In this document: piece after piece, positions 36,660-45,180 of the stretch
How positions within the stretch are numbered: the stretch's first letter is position 1
Layout: each line of letters begins with the position of its first letter
Notes under the pieces: model-generated
Told to the model about the DNA's origin: nothing
Databases searched by the model: none
Seen by the model: only the letters and a program-made list of their open reading frames with translations
Made by a program: the position numbers and the translations under genes
Virus record (IMG/VR): IMGVR_UViG_3300045988_121070
Length of the DNA: 64,000 nucleotides
Source of the DNA: a virus
Direction: 5' to 3' (one strand)

Positions 36660-37462
36660 AAGTGAACCATATCTATGAGGGTGACTGCCTGGAACTGATG
36701 GCAGAAATAGCGGATGAGAGCGTGGATGCTATCATCTGCGATTTGCCTTACCAGGTGCTGCATAAGGATAACCCGAATGCGCAATGGGACAGAATGATAC
36801 CGTTTGAGCCTCTTTGGGCGCACTATGAGCGTATCATTAAGCCGAGGGGTGTGATTGTGCTCTTCGGGCAGGGAATGTTTACCAGCGACCTGATGCAGAG
36901 CAACAGGAAGTTGTGGAGATATAACCTGATATGGTACAAAGGACGCGGAACGGGGTTCCTGAATGCGAATAGGATGCCGATGCGCTGCCATGAGGACATC
37001 TGTGTATTCTATAAGCACCTGCCAGTGTATAACCCTCAGATGGGCATTGGTGAGCCGAACCACTCGCAAGGGCGATGTGAGCAGCCGAGGAAGAACAGCT
37101 GCTATGGGAAGTTCAAGACGGGCAGGACGTATGACTATGATAAGCAGATCAGGAAGGTAGCCCCTACCCGACCGAACGAGAAATTTCCCCAGTCGATTAT
37201 CTACATTCAGAAGGAGCACGAGACGACGGTGTATCATCCAACACAGAAGCCCGTGGATCTGCTTCGCTATCTGATTAGGACTTATACCAATTCGGGGGGG
37301 GTAATTTTAGACAATACGATGGGCAGCGGTACGACATGTGTTGCTGCCATCATGGAGAAACGGAGGTACATAGGGATAGAGAAAGACCCGAAGTATTTTG
37401 CCGTGGCCGAGAAGAGAATAAAAGAAGCGGGGCGGTGGATGACGCTGGACTTCGAGGAATAA
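36653..37462 (+). CDS. DNA methyltransferase, beta class (N4C/N6A)
   Basis: Motif IV AIICDLPYQV precedes motif I GGVILDNTMGSGTTCVAA. G8 at 37294-37301 encodes the GG of GGVIL, in frame. Confidence 0.9.
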   Translation: MLEVNHIYEGDCLELMAEIADESVDAIICDLPYQVLHKDNPNAQWDRMIPFEPLWAHYERIIKPRGVIVLFGQGMFTSDLMQSNRKLWRYNLIWYKGRGTGFLNANRMPMRCHEDICVFYKHLPVYNPQMGIGEPNHSQGRCEQPRKNSCYGKFKTGRTYDYDKQIRKVAPTRPNEKFPQSIIYIQKEHETTVYHPTQKPVDLLRYLIRTYTNSGGVILDNTMGSGTTCVAAIMEKRRYIGIEKDPKYFAVAEKRIKEAGRWMTLDFEE

Positions 37463-37494
37463 GACGATACCATCGTCTGACAATGGACGAAACA
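37462..37494 (+). repeat. C-module variant
   Basis: AGACGATACCATCGTCT GACAATGGACGAAACA. Confidence 0.75.
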
Positions 37495-37509
37495 TTAAAT
37501 AATTGAAAA

Positions 37510-38337
37510 ATGAAAGAAGAGTACATGTATTGCCATCAGTGGTGGGTGGAGTCGGTGATATGGAGGCTGGAATGCCAGGAAAGCGGTTTCGGTCCCGTTA
37601 GGGGACTGACAGTAGAGGAGTATGAGAAACTGAAGCCAGCAGTAGAGAAACTGACGGTGGAAGACTTCTGCATTATAAAGAAGCCTGGGCTGCATATAGC
37701 GGAACCCACGAAAGAAGATATACAGAAGCAGATTACCTATCTGAAGGAGCGGTTCAAGGATTTGGAGGCGCATCCAGAGAAGTTGGGTAAGACAGCAAGG
37801 GATATCACCTATAAGGAAGAGGACTGGTGGCGACCGGCGAAGCCTGGTGATAAAAAGCCTTTCTTCGGGCGTGAAGGTTTATGGGGAAAACTATGGGAAA
37901 TACCTACTGGTTTTTCTTACCTGAGCGCTGGCATCGATGGATGTGCCGGTCCGTCTGCCTTGGGCAGTATTCCTGGCAGGGTGATACAAGTGCCGGAGTA
38001 TCTGAGGAAGGAATGGGCAGAAAGAATAAACGGATTAAAATGCACATTCATGGAAACGCAAGAAATAGACGATGAGAAGCTGATGGAGAATGCCATCGGG
38101 CTATGGGCTAAGACTGACGAACAGCTGGCGAGGGAGCATAAGATGCCGAAGACGCTGAAGGTAGAGATAGAACTGACGTACCCTGCTGGTGACTACTACT
38201 CTGCTAAGGATGCAGCGGAGTTTGTGAAAGAGAATATCCAGGACTGGCTGAATGCGAACCTGAGTGACGGGGACGATAGGCTGAGACTAATAAGAACAAG
38301 AGTGGAGAGTGAGAACTTTACGATAGAGTTGCGATAG
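37510..38337 (+). CDS. Hypothetical protein (275 aa)
   Basis: Long ORF in the plus block. Confidence 0.6.
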   Translation: MKEEYMYCHQWWVESVIWRLECQESGFGPVRGLTVEEYEKLKPAVEKLTVEDFCIIKKPGLHIAEPTKEDIQKQITYLKERFKDLEAHPEKLGKTARDITYKEEDWWRPAKPGDKKPFFGREGLWGKLWEIPTGFSYLSAGIDGCAGPSALGSIPGRVIQVPEYLRKEWAERINGLKCTFMETQEIDDEKLMENAIGLWAKTDEQLAREHKMPKTLKVEIELTYPAGDYYSAKDAAEFVKENIQDWLNANLSDGDDRLRLIRTRVESENFTIELR

Positions 38338-38371
38338 ACGAAACAAGAATAATTCATAAATTCATTAAGTT

Positions 38372-38818
38372 ATGGTACAGTTTACATTAAAAGAAGTGCA
38401 GGAGAAGACCTGCCAGGCTATTGAGCAACAAGAATGGGTGAAGAACCTATTGAAGCAGGTAGAAGCTGCTGCTGACGATGGTAAAACGAGAGTAGAACTG
38501 AACTTCAAGGGGACACCTGCTGAAAATTTGGGTGATGATTACCTGATGCTCATCGACTACTTTAACATGCGTGGTTTTGGTGTGAATGACGACAGCAAAG
38601 AAAACGTACTTACAGTAGTATGGGACCCTCGTCATCTTAGAGTGATCCATCCAATAGACCGTTTGGTTGCTGTGAATCAGAAGATGACGGAGGTGTTGTG
38701 TAACCTGACCAAGGCTATCTGTGAGGATGACGAGGAGAAGAAGGCTATACTCAAAGAGGAAATGGATGCCATCATTGATAGTCTGCCTGAAGGATATAAC
38801 TTTTTGGGGAGTTTTTAA
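38372..38818 (+). CDS. Hypothetical protein (148 aa)
   Basis: ORF preceded by the AATTCATAAATTCAT leader. Confidence 0.6.
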   Translation: MVQFTLKEVQEKTCQAIEQQEWVKNLLKQVEAAADDGKTRVELNFKGTPAENLGDDYLMLIDYFNMRGFGVNDDSKENVLTVVWDPRHLRVIHPIDRLVAVNQKMTEVLCNLTKAICEDDEEKKAILKEEMDAIIDSLPEGYNFLGSF

Positions 38819-38821
38819 GGG

Positions 38822-39214
38822 ATGAACACGAAACAAGAGGATAAAATCATCGAGCAGGCGCAGGAGATCCTGGAACGTAGGCAGGATGAGCGGGCGAGAA
38901 TGTTTGCCGTTGAGCACGAGGTGAAAATCAGTGTGCAACGACTGGCCATGTATGCCTCCTACTACCAGGGTGCCCGTGACATGGGGCAGAAGTTGATGGA
39001 GCGACTGATGACGGACTCTAAGCCCAAGGGTGAAGAGTGGGTGTATCTGGAAGCGGAATGGCGACTGTTTATGTCGTCGAAGCGTAACTGTCAGCTGTTC
39101 CTCGACGGCACGGATATAAGATACCGTAACCACGAGCGGGATAAAAAGGGTAAATTGATTAGGTGTGAGGCTTATTTCGTAGAACGTCATACAATATTTA
39201 CTGAAGTTAAATAA
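38822..39214 (+). CDS. Hypothetical protein (130 aa)
   Basis: ORF 3 nt after the upstream stop. Confidence 0.55.
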   Translation: MNTKQEDKIIEQAQEILERRQDERARMFAVEHEVKISVQRLAMYASYYQGARDMGQKLMERLMTDSKPKGEEWVYLEAEWRLFMSSKRNCQLFLDGTDIRYRNHERDKKGKLIRCEAYFVERHTIFTEVK

Positions 39215-39228
39215 ATCATTTTAATTAT

Positions 39229-39801
39229 ATGATTATGGAACAGATATATCATCTTTACATCACGCACAAATGCGGCCACAACTGCCCGCTATGTTGCAAC
39301 AGACTCTATGATATAGACAAACTACCTGTAATTACCGTAGAGGATCTGAAACAAGCTCATACGGTATGCCTCACTGGTGGCGACCCGTTCTACCTTCTGA
39401 GAGAGGAATTGATATCAATCGTTGACAGACTTCGCATCCACTATAAGAATATCCAAAAGATATACATCTATACCAGCGGAAAGATGCTGTGGATAGAAGG
39501 TGCATTTTCTCATTGGCACGAGCTGATGCAGACTGTCAGCGGTATCAATATAGCACCGAAATACTATGGCGATTGGGACAGACTCGACTATCTTCTTCAA
39601 CAGCCGAAATGGTTGGAAATGACGGCACAAACAGGCATGTCTAATCGCCTATACATCTTTGATGACCAGTGGGACACATGGAACACCATCAGCAAGGATG
39701 TTACGCTACCGGCAACATGGCAGGTGATAGGGCGCAAATGGGATAAGGAGTTTAAGACTCCAGAGAATGAGCATTTTGTAAGACTACCTATATTATACTG
39801 A
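39229..39801 (+). CDS. Small radical SAM enzyme (190 aa)
   Basis: HKCGHNCPLCCN (CxxxCxxC) near the N-terminus. Confidence 0.7.
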   Translation: MIMEQIYHLYITHKCGHNCPLCCNRLYDIDKLPVITVEDLKQAHTVCLTGGDPFYLLREELISIVDRLRIHYKNIQKIYIYTSGKMLWIEGAFSHWHELMQTVSGINIAPKYYGDWDRLDYLLQQPKWLEMTAQTGMSNRLYIFDDQWDTWNTISKDVTLPATWQVIGRKWDKEFKTPENEHFVRLPILY

Positions 39802-39803
39802 TT

Positions 39804-40070
39804 ATGGGAAAGATAAATTTCAGTATCGCTATTGAGATACCAAACACGATAAGTCAGACTATCTTTAACCTCGATGTGGTAGAAGCATGTCGAAAACTAA
39901 AAACAGGCGATGTGCTCTATGAACTGCGCGAGAAAAAACTACATCCTAATGGCGAACGTAGAAGCTGCAAGGGCGCTTTTGTAATGAGCGGTCAGATGCT
40001 TTGTCAGGACACAGATGGGTGGTGGCATAGACTAACAAAGGAACATTATCAAGAAATCATCAATTCATAG
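39804..40070 (+). CDS. Hypothetical protein (88 aa)
   Basis: Tightly packed ORF. Confidence 0.5.
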   Translation: MGKINFSIAIEIPNTISQTIFNLDVVEACRKLKTGDVLYELREKKLHPNGERRSCKGAFVMSGQMLCQDTDGWWHRLTKEHYQEIINS

Positions 40071-40077
40071 ATATATT

Positions 40078-40575
40078 ATGGTAGATTTTAAGAGACTGAG
40101 TAAGATTAACCAGGCTGCGGAGGAAGCGATAGCGGAAGAAGAGAAGCATCGCAGTCCGATGAGCAAGGATGAGAAGCGCGTAGCGCACTCTTTTTTCCAT
40201 AGGGGTTCTATATGGGAGAGGAAGCAGAGTGAAGTAATTATCCACGAAAACCTTTGGTGGTGGGGTAAGTCGTTTACCATTATTGTCAATGGTGGTAAGG
40301 GTTCTGTGGTTCTGAGAATTGAGAATGAACGTCCTGATGCCGGTGGTATTTGTTCACTGATAGTTCTGGAAGAGGAACGTCAGAAAGGCATGGGGACCAA
40401 GTTAATGAAGATGGTAGAGGAACTGGCAAAGAAGCAAGGATGTGAACAGATTTACCTCTGTGCCGCTAAGGGAACTTTCCTCATACCCTGGTATAGAAAG
40501 TTAGGGTTTGAGATTTACGACGAGAATCCTGAAGGTCAAGAGGGGTACGTGGTTAGTATGAATAAAATGATATAA
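40078..40575 (+). CDS. GNAT-family acetyltransferase
   Basis: LIVLEEERQKGMGTKLMKMVEELAKKQG matches GNAT motif A (Q/R-x-x-G-x-G/A). Confidence 0.7.
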   Translation: MVDFKRLSKINQAAEEAIAEEEKHRSPMSKDEKRVAHSFFHRGSIWERKQSEVIIHENLWWWGKSFTIIVNGGKGSVVLRIENERPDAGGICSLIVLEEERQKGMGTKLMKMVEELAKKQGCEQIYLCAAKGTFLIPWYRKLGFEIYDENPEGQEGYVVSMNKMI

Positions 40576-40580
40576 AGGAT

Positions 40581-40964
40581 ATGAACGGATTTGCTTACTA
40601 TAACCCCAATCCAAAAGGGCTTACAAACGCTTACGACTGTGTAGTACGAGCCTACACTTACTTCTTTGGTGTTACATGGCACAAGGCTTTTTTCGATGCT
40701 ATAAATTGGTGCGCCGAAAGAGGACTGGTAAGATGGAATTTTCCCAGCATCTACACACAATATCTGAAAGACAAAGGATATCAGCGTCACAGAGCGCCCA
40801 GAAAGGGCATAACGGTAGGACAATTCCGTGATGAGTTTGCAGACATAAATAAGACTTATATCATATCAGGACCACATCATCTAACTATTATTGCCAAAAA
40901 GGACATTCTGGACTTAGGAGATTGCTCTGATATGGTGATGTTCGCATATTGGGAAAGACAATAA
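40581..40964 (+). CDS. Hypothetical protein (127 aa), possibly Cys/His peptidase-like
   Basis: NAYDCVVRAY...GPHHLTIIAKKDILDLGD hints at a papain-like Cys...His...Asp arrangement. The evidence is weak. Confidence 0.5.
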   Translation: MNGFAYYNPNPKGLTNAYDCVVRAYTYFFGVTWHKAFFDAINWCAERGLVRWNFPSIYTQYLKDKGYQRHRAPRKGITVGQFRDEFADINKTYIISGPHHLTIIAKKDILDLGDCSDMVMFAYWERQ

Positions 40965-40983
40965 TTCATAAATTCATCAAATT

Positions 40984-41160
40984 ATGAGTAAGACGAAGAT
41001 TTTAGCGCCTGGTGTGGAGGTGGCACAGGACACGGGAGAAGTGTTGCTGATGCGCTGTCCGAAATGCGGGAAAGAGAACTGGGCACCGAATGTGGCTCTG
41101 GGTATCTGTACGTGGTGCGGGTATGACGGGCACGAACTATTGAAGGAGGAAGACGTATGA
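40984..41160 (+). CDS. Zinc-ribbon small protein (58 aa, below the ORF-track cutoff)
   Basis: MSKTKILAPGVEVAQDTGEVLLMRCPKCGKENWAPNVALGICTWCGYDGHELLKEEDV (CPKC...CTWC). ATGA overlap with the next ORF. Confidence 0.5.
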   Translation: MSKTKILAPGVEVAQDTGEVLLMRCPKCGKENWAPNVALGICTWCGYDGHELLKEEDV

Positions 41161-41516
41161 CGAAAGAAGAGAAAAAGGCGCTCATCGTTCAGATGAAGTT
41201 GGCAAAGAAAACTCCTGATGAACTGGCATCCATATATAAGGCGTGGGGCTATAAGTATAAGCCGGAATATTCGCTCTTTCTCCATGAAGTAGTGGTATCA
41301 AGTACAAAGCCGAGCTTTGTGGAGTACCTACTGGAAGTACGTGCCCAAGCATACTACACACAGAGCCAGACTACATGTGATTATGCTTTTAAAGTGTTGG
41401 CATGTCTGATACATATTGCTGCCATCGAGCAGATAGAAACGCCCTTTGACCATGTGATCAGGAGTGATAAGGATTTTGAATGGAAGTTGAATAATTTACA
41501 CTTTGAGAAGAAATGA
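41157..41516 (+). CDS. Hypothetical protein (119 aa)
   Basis: Overlap-coupled ORF. Confidence 0.55.
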   Translation: MTKEEKKALIVQMKLAKKTPDELASIYKAWGYKYKPEYSLFLHEVVVSSTKPSFVEYLLEVRAQAYYTQSQTTCDYAFKVLACLIHIAAIEQIETPFDHVIRSDKDFEWKLNNLHFEKK

Positions 41517-42004
41517 ATATATCAAAATTTAGAGGGAAAACGGCTGATGGCGAGTGGGTGTATGGCTCACTCATCAAGGGTACAGCCACAAACGAAAAAC
41601 ATCCTGAAGGGTTTACCGTTGCCTTTATAGTGCCTGAATTACCATGTGCCAGTGAGCCATCGGACTTATGGACTGTCAAGATGTATCGCGTAGATCCTAA
41701 CAGCGTGGGACAGTTTACCGGCTGTCTGGATAAGCATGGTAACGAAGTATATGAGGGGGACATTGTAGATGCCTGGAGTGCAGGAAGTCATTGTACGCAT
41801 GGACTGGTACGGTTTGCAAGTTGCCATTTCTACATTCTGCTAAATGGCGAGAGCGGACCTATTGGGCATTGGCATCTGGCACCCAGTCAATACACACAAA
41901 AAGATGAGCATCTGACGGTGGTTGGCAATGTAATAGACAATGCAGACATGGTAGCTGGATATCTGAATTATTGCAAAGAACACCATCACGATTGGTTTGA
42001 CTGA
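41513..42004 (+). CDS. YopX-family protein
   Basis: FRGKTADGEWVYG...VDPNSVGQFTGCLDKHGNEVYEGDIV matches the YopX signature (QfTGl.DknG..IyEGDI). Confidence 0.7.
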   Translation: MNISKFRGKTADGEWVYGSLIKGTATNEKHPEGFTVAFIVPELPCASEPSDLWTVKMYRVDPNSVGQFTGCLDKHGNEVYEGDIVDAWSAGSHCTHGLVRFASCHFYILLNGESGPIGHWHLAPSQYTQKDEHLTVVGNVIDNADMVAGYLNYCKEHHHDWFD

Positions 42005-42008
42005 TAGG

Positions 42009-42045
42009 GTTGCGATAGAATCGCAACATACAAGAAACGGAACAT
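42009..42045 (+). repeat. C-module element
   Basis: GTTGCGATAGAATCGCAAC ATACAAGAAACGGAACA. Confidence 0.8.
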
Positions 42046-42071
42046 TCACCAATTCATTAAAACATTAAATT

Positions 42072-42944
42072 ATGGGTATAAATAAATTCAAATGGGATGT
42101 AAACTGTTGTGATGGGATATATAACTCATTCGACGTACACTTTACATCAGCCTGCGACAACCGATGTAGGCATTGCATTGATATGAAGTACCAGGGTAAA
42201 GGTATTATAAAACCAGACCCGAAAGCAATAGCACAAACTATCATCGACCATTCAAACGGTTTCGATGATGTGTTATTCCTCGGAGGTGAACCATGTTTAT
42301 ATCTGGATGAACTTTACGACTGCATCTGTAGAATTAAGGCAGCGACTAATCTAAAATGCTTTGTTACAACATCAGTTCCTAAGACATGCTATACAAATTA
42401 TTCTGTATTTCTACGAATATTAGAAATATTGGACGGCATGAATCTATCAGTACAACACTACCGAGAGGATGTTGCAGACGAAATACGTTGTGTAAAGTCA
42501 ACCTTTGACAGACAAAAATTCTATTCAGAATTACCCATGAAAGGAAAGATGCGCATCAATCTAAACATTGTCAAACCGTATCTATATAAGCGTGAAGATC
42601 TGTTAGCCTGTCTAAAGCACTACGATGACATGGGTTATAGAGAAATAAAACTCTCAGAAATCCAACACGGCACCGAGCACTTCGTATCTTTCGAGAAGAC
42701 ATTAGGCATGAAGATGAAATCACCATTTGCCTACGGCTGTCAACAATGGGTGGATATGCGCCCATACATACCTGGGTACAAAGGCCGTCTGCTACTTAAA
42801 CGATCATGCTTCCTCTGCGAGGAGACCTTAAAAGCCAGTTTTATGGACGGCATGAAGGTTATGCGCAAATATCTGTTACGGCCACAAAAAGGCCATTATG
42901 CAGTAGTATATGAAGATGGCTCACTTGCTAACGGGTGGGTATAA
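42072..42944 (+). CDS. Radical SAM enzyme (290 aa)
   Basis: FTSACDNRCRHCID (CxxxCxxC). Additional Cys residues near the C-terminus (RSCFLCEE). Confidence 0.8.
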   Translation: MGINKFKWDVNCCDGIYNSFDVHFTSACDNRCRHCIDMKYQGKGIIKPDPKAIAQTIIDHSNGFDDVLFLGGEPCLYLDELYDCICRIKAATNLKCFVTTSVPKTCYTNYSVFLRILEILDGMNLSVQHYREDVADEIRCVKSTFDRQKFYSELPMKGKMRINLNIVKPYLYKREDLLACLKHYDDMGYREIKLSEIQHGTEHFVSFEKTLGMKMKSPFAYGCQQWVDMRPYIPGYKGRLLLKRSCFLCEETLKASFMDGMKVMRKYLLRPQKGHYAVVYEDGSLANGWV

Positions 42945-42968
42945 GTTTAACTTTTTAATTTCAAGATT

Positions 42969-43157
42969 ATGTGGACGAGATTGTTAAGAGACCTGATGCT
43001 TCAGGTGACGTTAAAAATGGGACATTGCAGTGATGGCGGCGGTGGCGGATGGGGTCATTGCGGCGGCAGCGAGACACTTTATCGCAAGATAGGCAGCGGC
43101 CATTGTGCCACCTATGAGCCTGTCAATCGAGGCGGACACACGGGACATTGTTATTAA
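42969..43157 (+). CDS. Gly/His/Cys-repeat peptide (62 aa), a candidate radical-SAM substrate
   Basis: MWTRLLRDLMLQVTLKMGHCSDGGGGGWGHCGGSETLYRKIGSGHCATYEPVNRGGHTGHCY. It has four G-H-C triplets, each encoded GGN CAT TGY, and starts 25 nt after the radical-SAM gene. Confidence 0.5.
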   Translation: MWTRLLRDLMLQVTLKMGHCSDGGGGGWGHCGGSETLYRKIGSGHCATYEPVNRGGHTGHCY

Positions 43158-43177
43158 ATTCTTATATCATTATAATT

Positions 43178-43321
43178 ATGGCTTTTTGCAAAAAACGTGG
43201 TGTGGAAATAAGCGGTCCGAACTGCATGGGATGTTACCAATGTAATGAAGAAAAATCAGAAACTCTTAGAAACTTATATGCAAGTTGTATAAGAATAATG
43301 AACGAACCTGATAAACAATGA
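43178..43321 (+). CDS. Cys-rich small peptide (47 aa, below the ORF-track cutoff)
   Basis: MAFCKKRGVEISGPNCMGCYQCNEEKSETLRNLYASCIRIMNEPDKQ. ATGA overlap with the next ORF. Confidence 0.4.
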   Translation: MAFCKKRGVEISGPNCMGCYQCNEEKSETLRNLYASCIRIMNEPDKQ

Positions 43322-43545
43322 AAACAATACATGAAATGGCTGTAGAGTATGGGGAAAAACACCAAGGCACCTGCAATATCGAGGATTTCGAGGCAGGAGC
43401 TTTGGCTGTGGTCCTTATTTTCTTCAAGATAGATCAAGAGTCTTTCGATGACAACGCTCTGTCTTGTGCCGTAGAAAATGCTATAGGAGATTTAACAATA
43501 GATTATTCGTATGAAGAACTTAAAGCCAGGAATGCTGACGTATGA
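43318..43545 (+). CDS. Hypothetical acidic protein (75 aa)
   Basis: Overlap-coupled ORF. Confidence 0.5.
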   Translation: MKTIHEMAVEYGEKHQGTCNIEDFEAGALAVVLIFFKIDQESFDDNALSCAVENAIGDLTIDYSYEELKARNADV

Positions 43546-44128
43546 TTTAGCAGACGTGCCGGCATTTGATACGACGAAGGTGTATCTAATTAAGCCGTCG
43601 ATAGACCACCCTATTGTGCCTGGGCAGCCGGTGCCGATGTCGAACGTAATAGAGCTGCATAACGTCAAGGTGACTCCTTCTGTCTTTATAGAGCCAGAAA
43701 TGGTAGCGCCGAAAGTGGAGGTGCCAAAGGAGCCTTTTAGCATAAGCGTGAATGTGAAGCACTACTTCAGTAAAGCGGATAAGAAGAGGATTAAGAGAAT
43801 GTTCTTTAAAAAGGTGCGATTGCCGAGGAAGTTGAAGAAGGCGTATAGAAAGATGACTATCCGCGACATGGATCCACATGTGGAACTGGGAGGTGAAAAG
43901 AATGGTAACGACGTGAAAATTACCATGAGCAGTTATCTGGGCATGAAGCATGGCTATAAGCGCACGAAGTGGGTTAATAAGGCTTTCTGCCACTTTAAAA
44001 AGATGCACAAGGCATGGGAGGAGCGCACAACGAAGCAGATGCAGGAGTACATGAAGCAGCAGGCAGTGGAAATGGTTGTGACGAAAGAGCAACAGGTGCG
44101 GCTGGCGGACATGCTAAGGAAGAAATGA
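43511..44128 (+). CDS. Hypothetical basic protein (205 aa)
   Basis: Lys/Arg-rich centre (KKRIKRMFFKKVRLPRKLKKAYRK). Confidence 0.55.
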   Translation: MKNLKPGMLTYDLADVPAFDTTKVYLIKPSIDHPIVPGQPVPMSNVIELHNVKVTPSVFIEPEMVAPKVEVPKEPFSISVNVKHYFSKADKKRIKRMFFKKVRLPRKLKKAYRKMTIRDMDPHVELGGEKNGNDVKITMSSYLGMKHGYKRTKWVNKAFCHFKKMHKAWEERTTKQMQEYMKQQAVEMVVTKEQQVRLADMLRKK

Positions 44129-44132
44129 GGAC

Positions 44133-44164
44133 GGCGATAAAATCGCCTGACAATAAACGAAACA
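44133..44164 (+). repeat. C-module element
   Basis: GGCGATAAAATCGCC TGACAATAAACGAAACA, 12 nt before the next ATG. Confidence 0.85.
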
Positions 44165-44175
44165 AAAATTGAGAC

Positions 44176-45177
44176 ATGCTGATAGGACTGGTGGACGTGG
44201 ACGGACACGCCAAGAAAAAGAAATGGGGTGCAACGATATACCCCAACCTCGCACTCGCTAAGATAGCGAGGTACTGGAGAAATAGGGGGGGGCAAATTGA
44301 ATGGGCCACTCCCATGAAGCATTACGACATCATATACATGTCAAAGGTGTTTAACTTTTCGCCTGACGATACCTATATATATAATGCCGACGAGATAGTG
44401 AAAGGCGGGACGGGCTATGACCCTACGAGCCAGTTGCCGGAGGAGATAGACCGTCTGCAGCCGGACTACTCGATATACCCCAACGTGCCGAAAGATACTG
44501 CCTACGGATTTCTGACGAGAGGATGCCCGAACAGGTGTAAGTGGTGTGTGGTGCCCAGAAAAGAGGGTGCCATACGTCCGTATATGGATGTAGATGAGAT
44601 AGCCATTGAGGGCAGGCGAAAGTTGGTGCTGATGGATAACAACATCTTAGCGGCAGGCGACTACTGCATGGAGCAGTTGGAGAAGATCATTGAGAGAGGG
44701 TATAGGGTGGACTTTAACCAGGCTCTCGATGCGCGACTGGTGACTGACGAGGTGGCACAGCTGCTGGCGAGGGTGAAATGGCTTGATAACAACCGCATCC
44801 GCTTTGGGTGTGACACGCACGGACAGATAGCGGAGTGTGAGCGGGCTATGGCGCTCATCAACAAGTATGGCTTCACGGGGCAGTATTTCCTTTATACGAT
44901 GCTGACGGATGACTTCAGGGAGTGTTACGAGCGGATAGTGTATTGGTGGCACAGAACGCAAGAGACGCGGGCCAATCATCATGGGAGGTACGTCTATCCC
45001 CATGCACAGCCCTACCGTGACCCGATGAATCCCAACCACCACATACCACAATGGCAAAAGGACATGGCGGGATGGGTAAATAAGAAGGCGCACTTTGTGG
45101 CGCACTCGTTTGAGGACTTTGAGCCGAGGAAAGGGTTTAGGTGTAAGCAGTACCTGAGAGAGGCAGGGATAATATAG
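44176..45177 (+). CDS. Radical SAM enzyme (333 aa)
   Basis: FLTRGCPNRCKWCVV (CxxxCxxC). G8 at 44285-44292 encodes RGGQ, in frame. Confidence 0.8.
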   Translation: MLIGLVDVDGHAKKKKWGATIYPNLALAKIARYWRNRGGQIEWATPMKHYDIIYMSKVFNFSPDDTYIYNADEIVKGGTGYDPTSQLPEEIDRLQPDYSIYPNVPKDTAYGFLTRGCPNRCKWCVVPRKEGAIRPYMDVDEIAIEGRRKLVLMDNNILAAGDYCMEQLEKIIERGYRVDFNQALDARLVTDEVAQLLARVKWLDNNRIRFGCDTHGQIAECERAMALINKYGFTGQYFLYTMLTDDFRECYERIVYWWHRTQETRANHHGRYVYPHAQPYRDPMNPNHHIPQWQKDMAGWVNKKAHFVAHSFEDFEPRKGFRCKQYLREAGII

Positions 45178-45180
45178 GGC

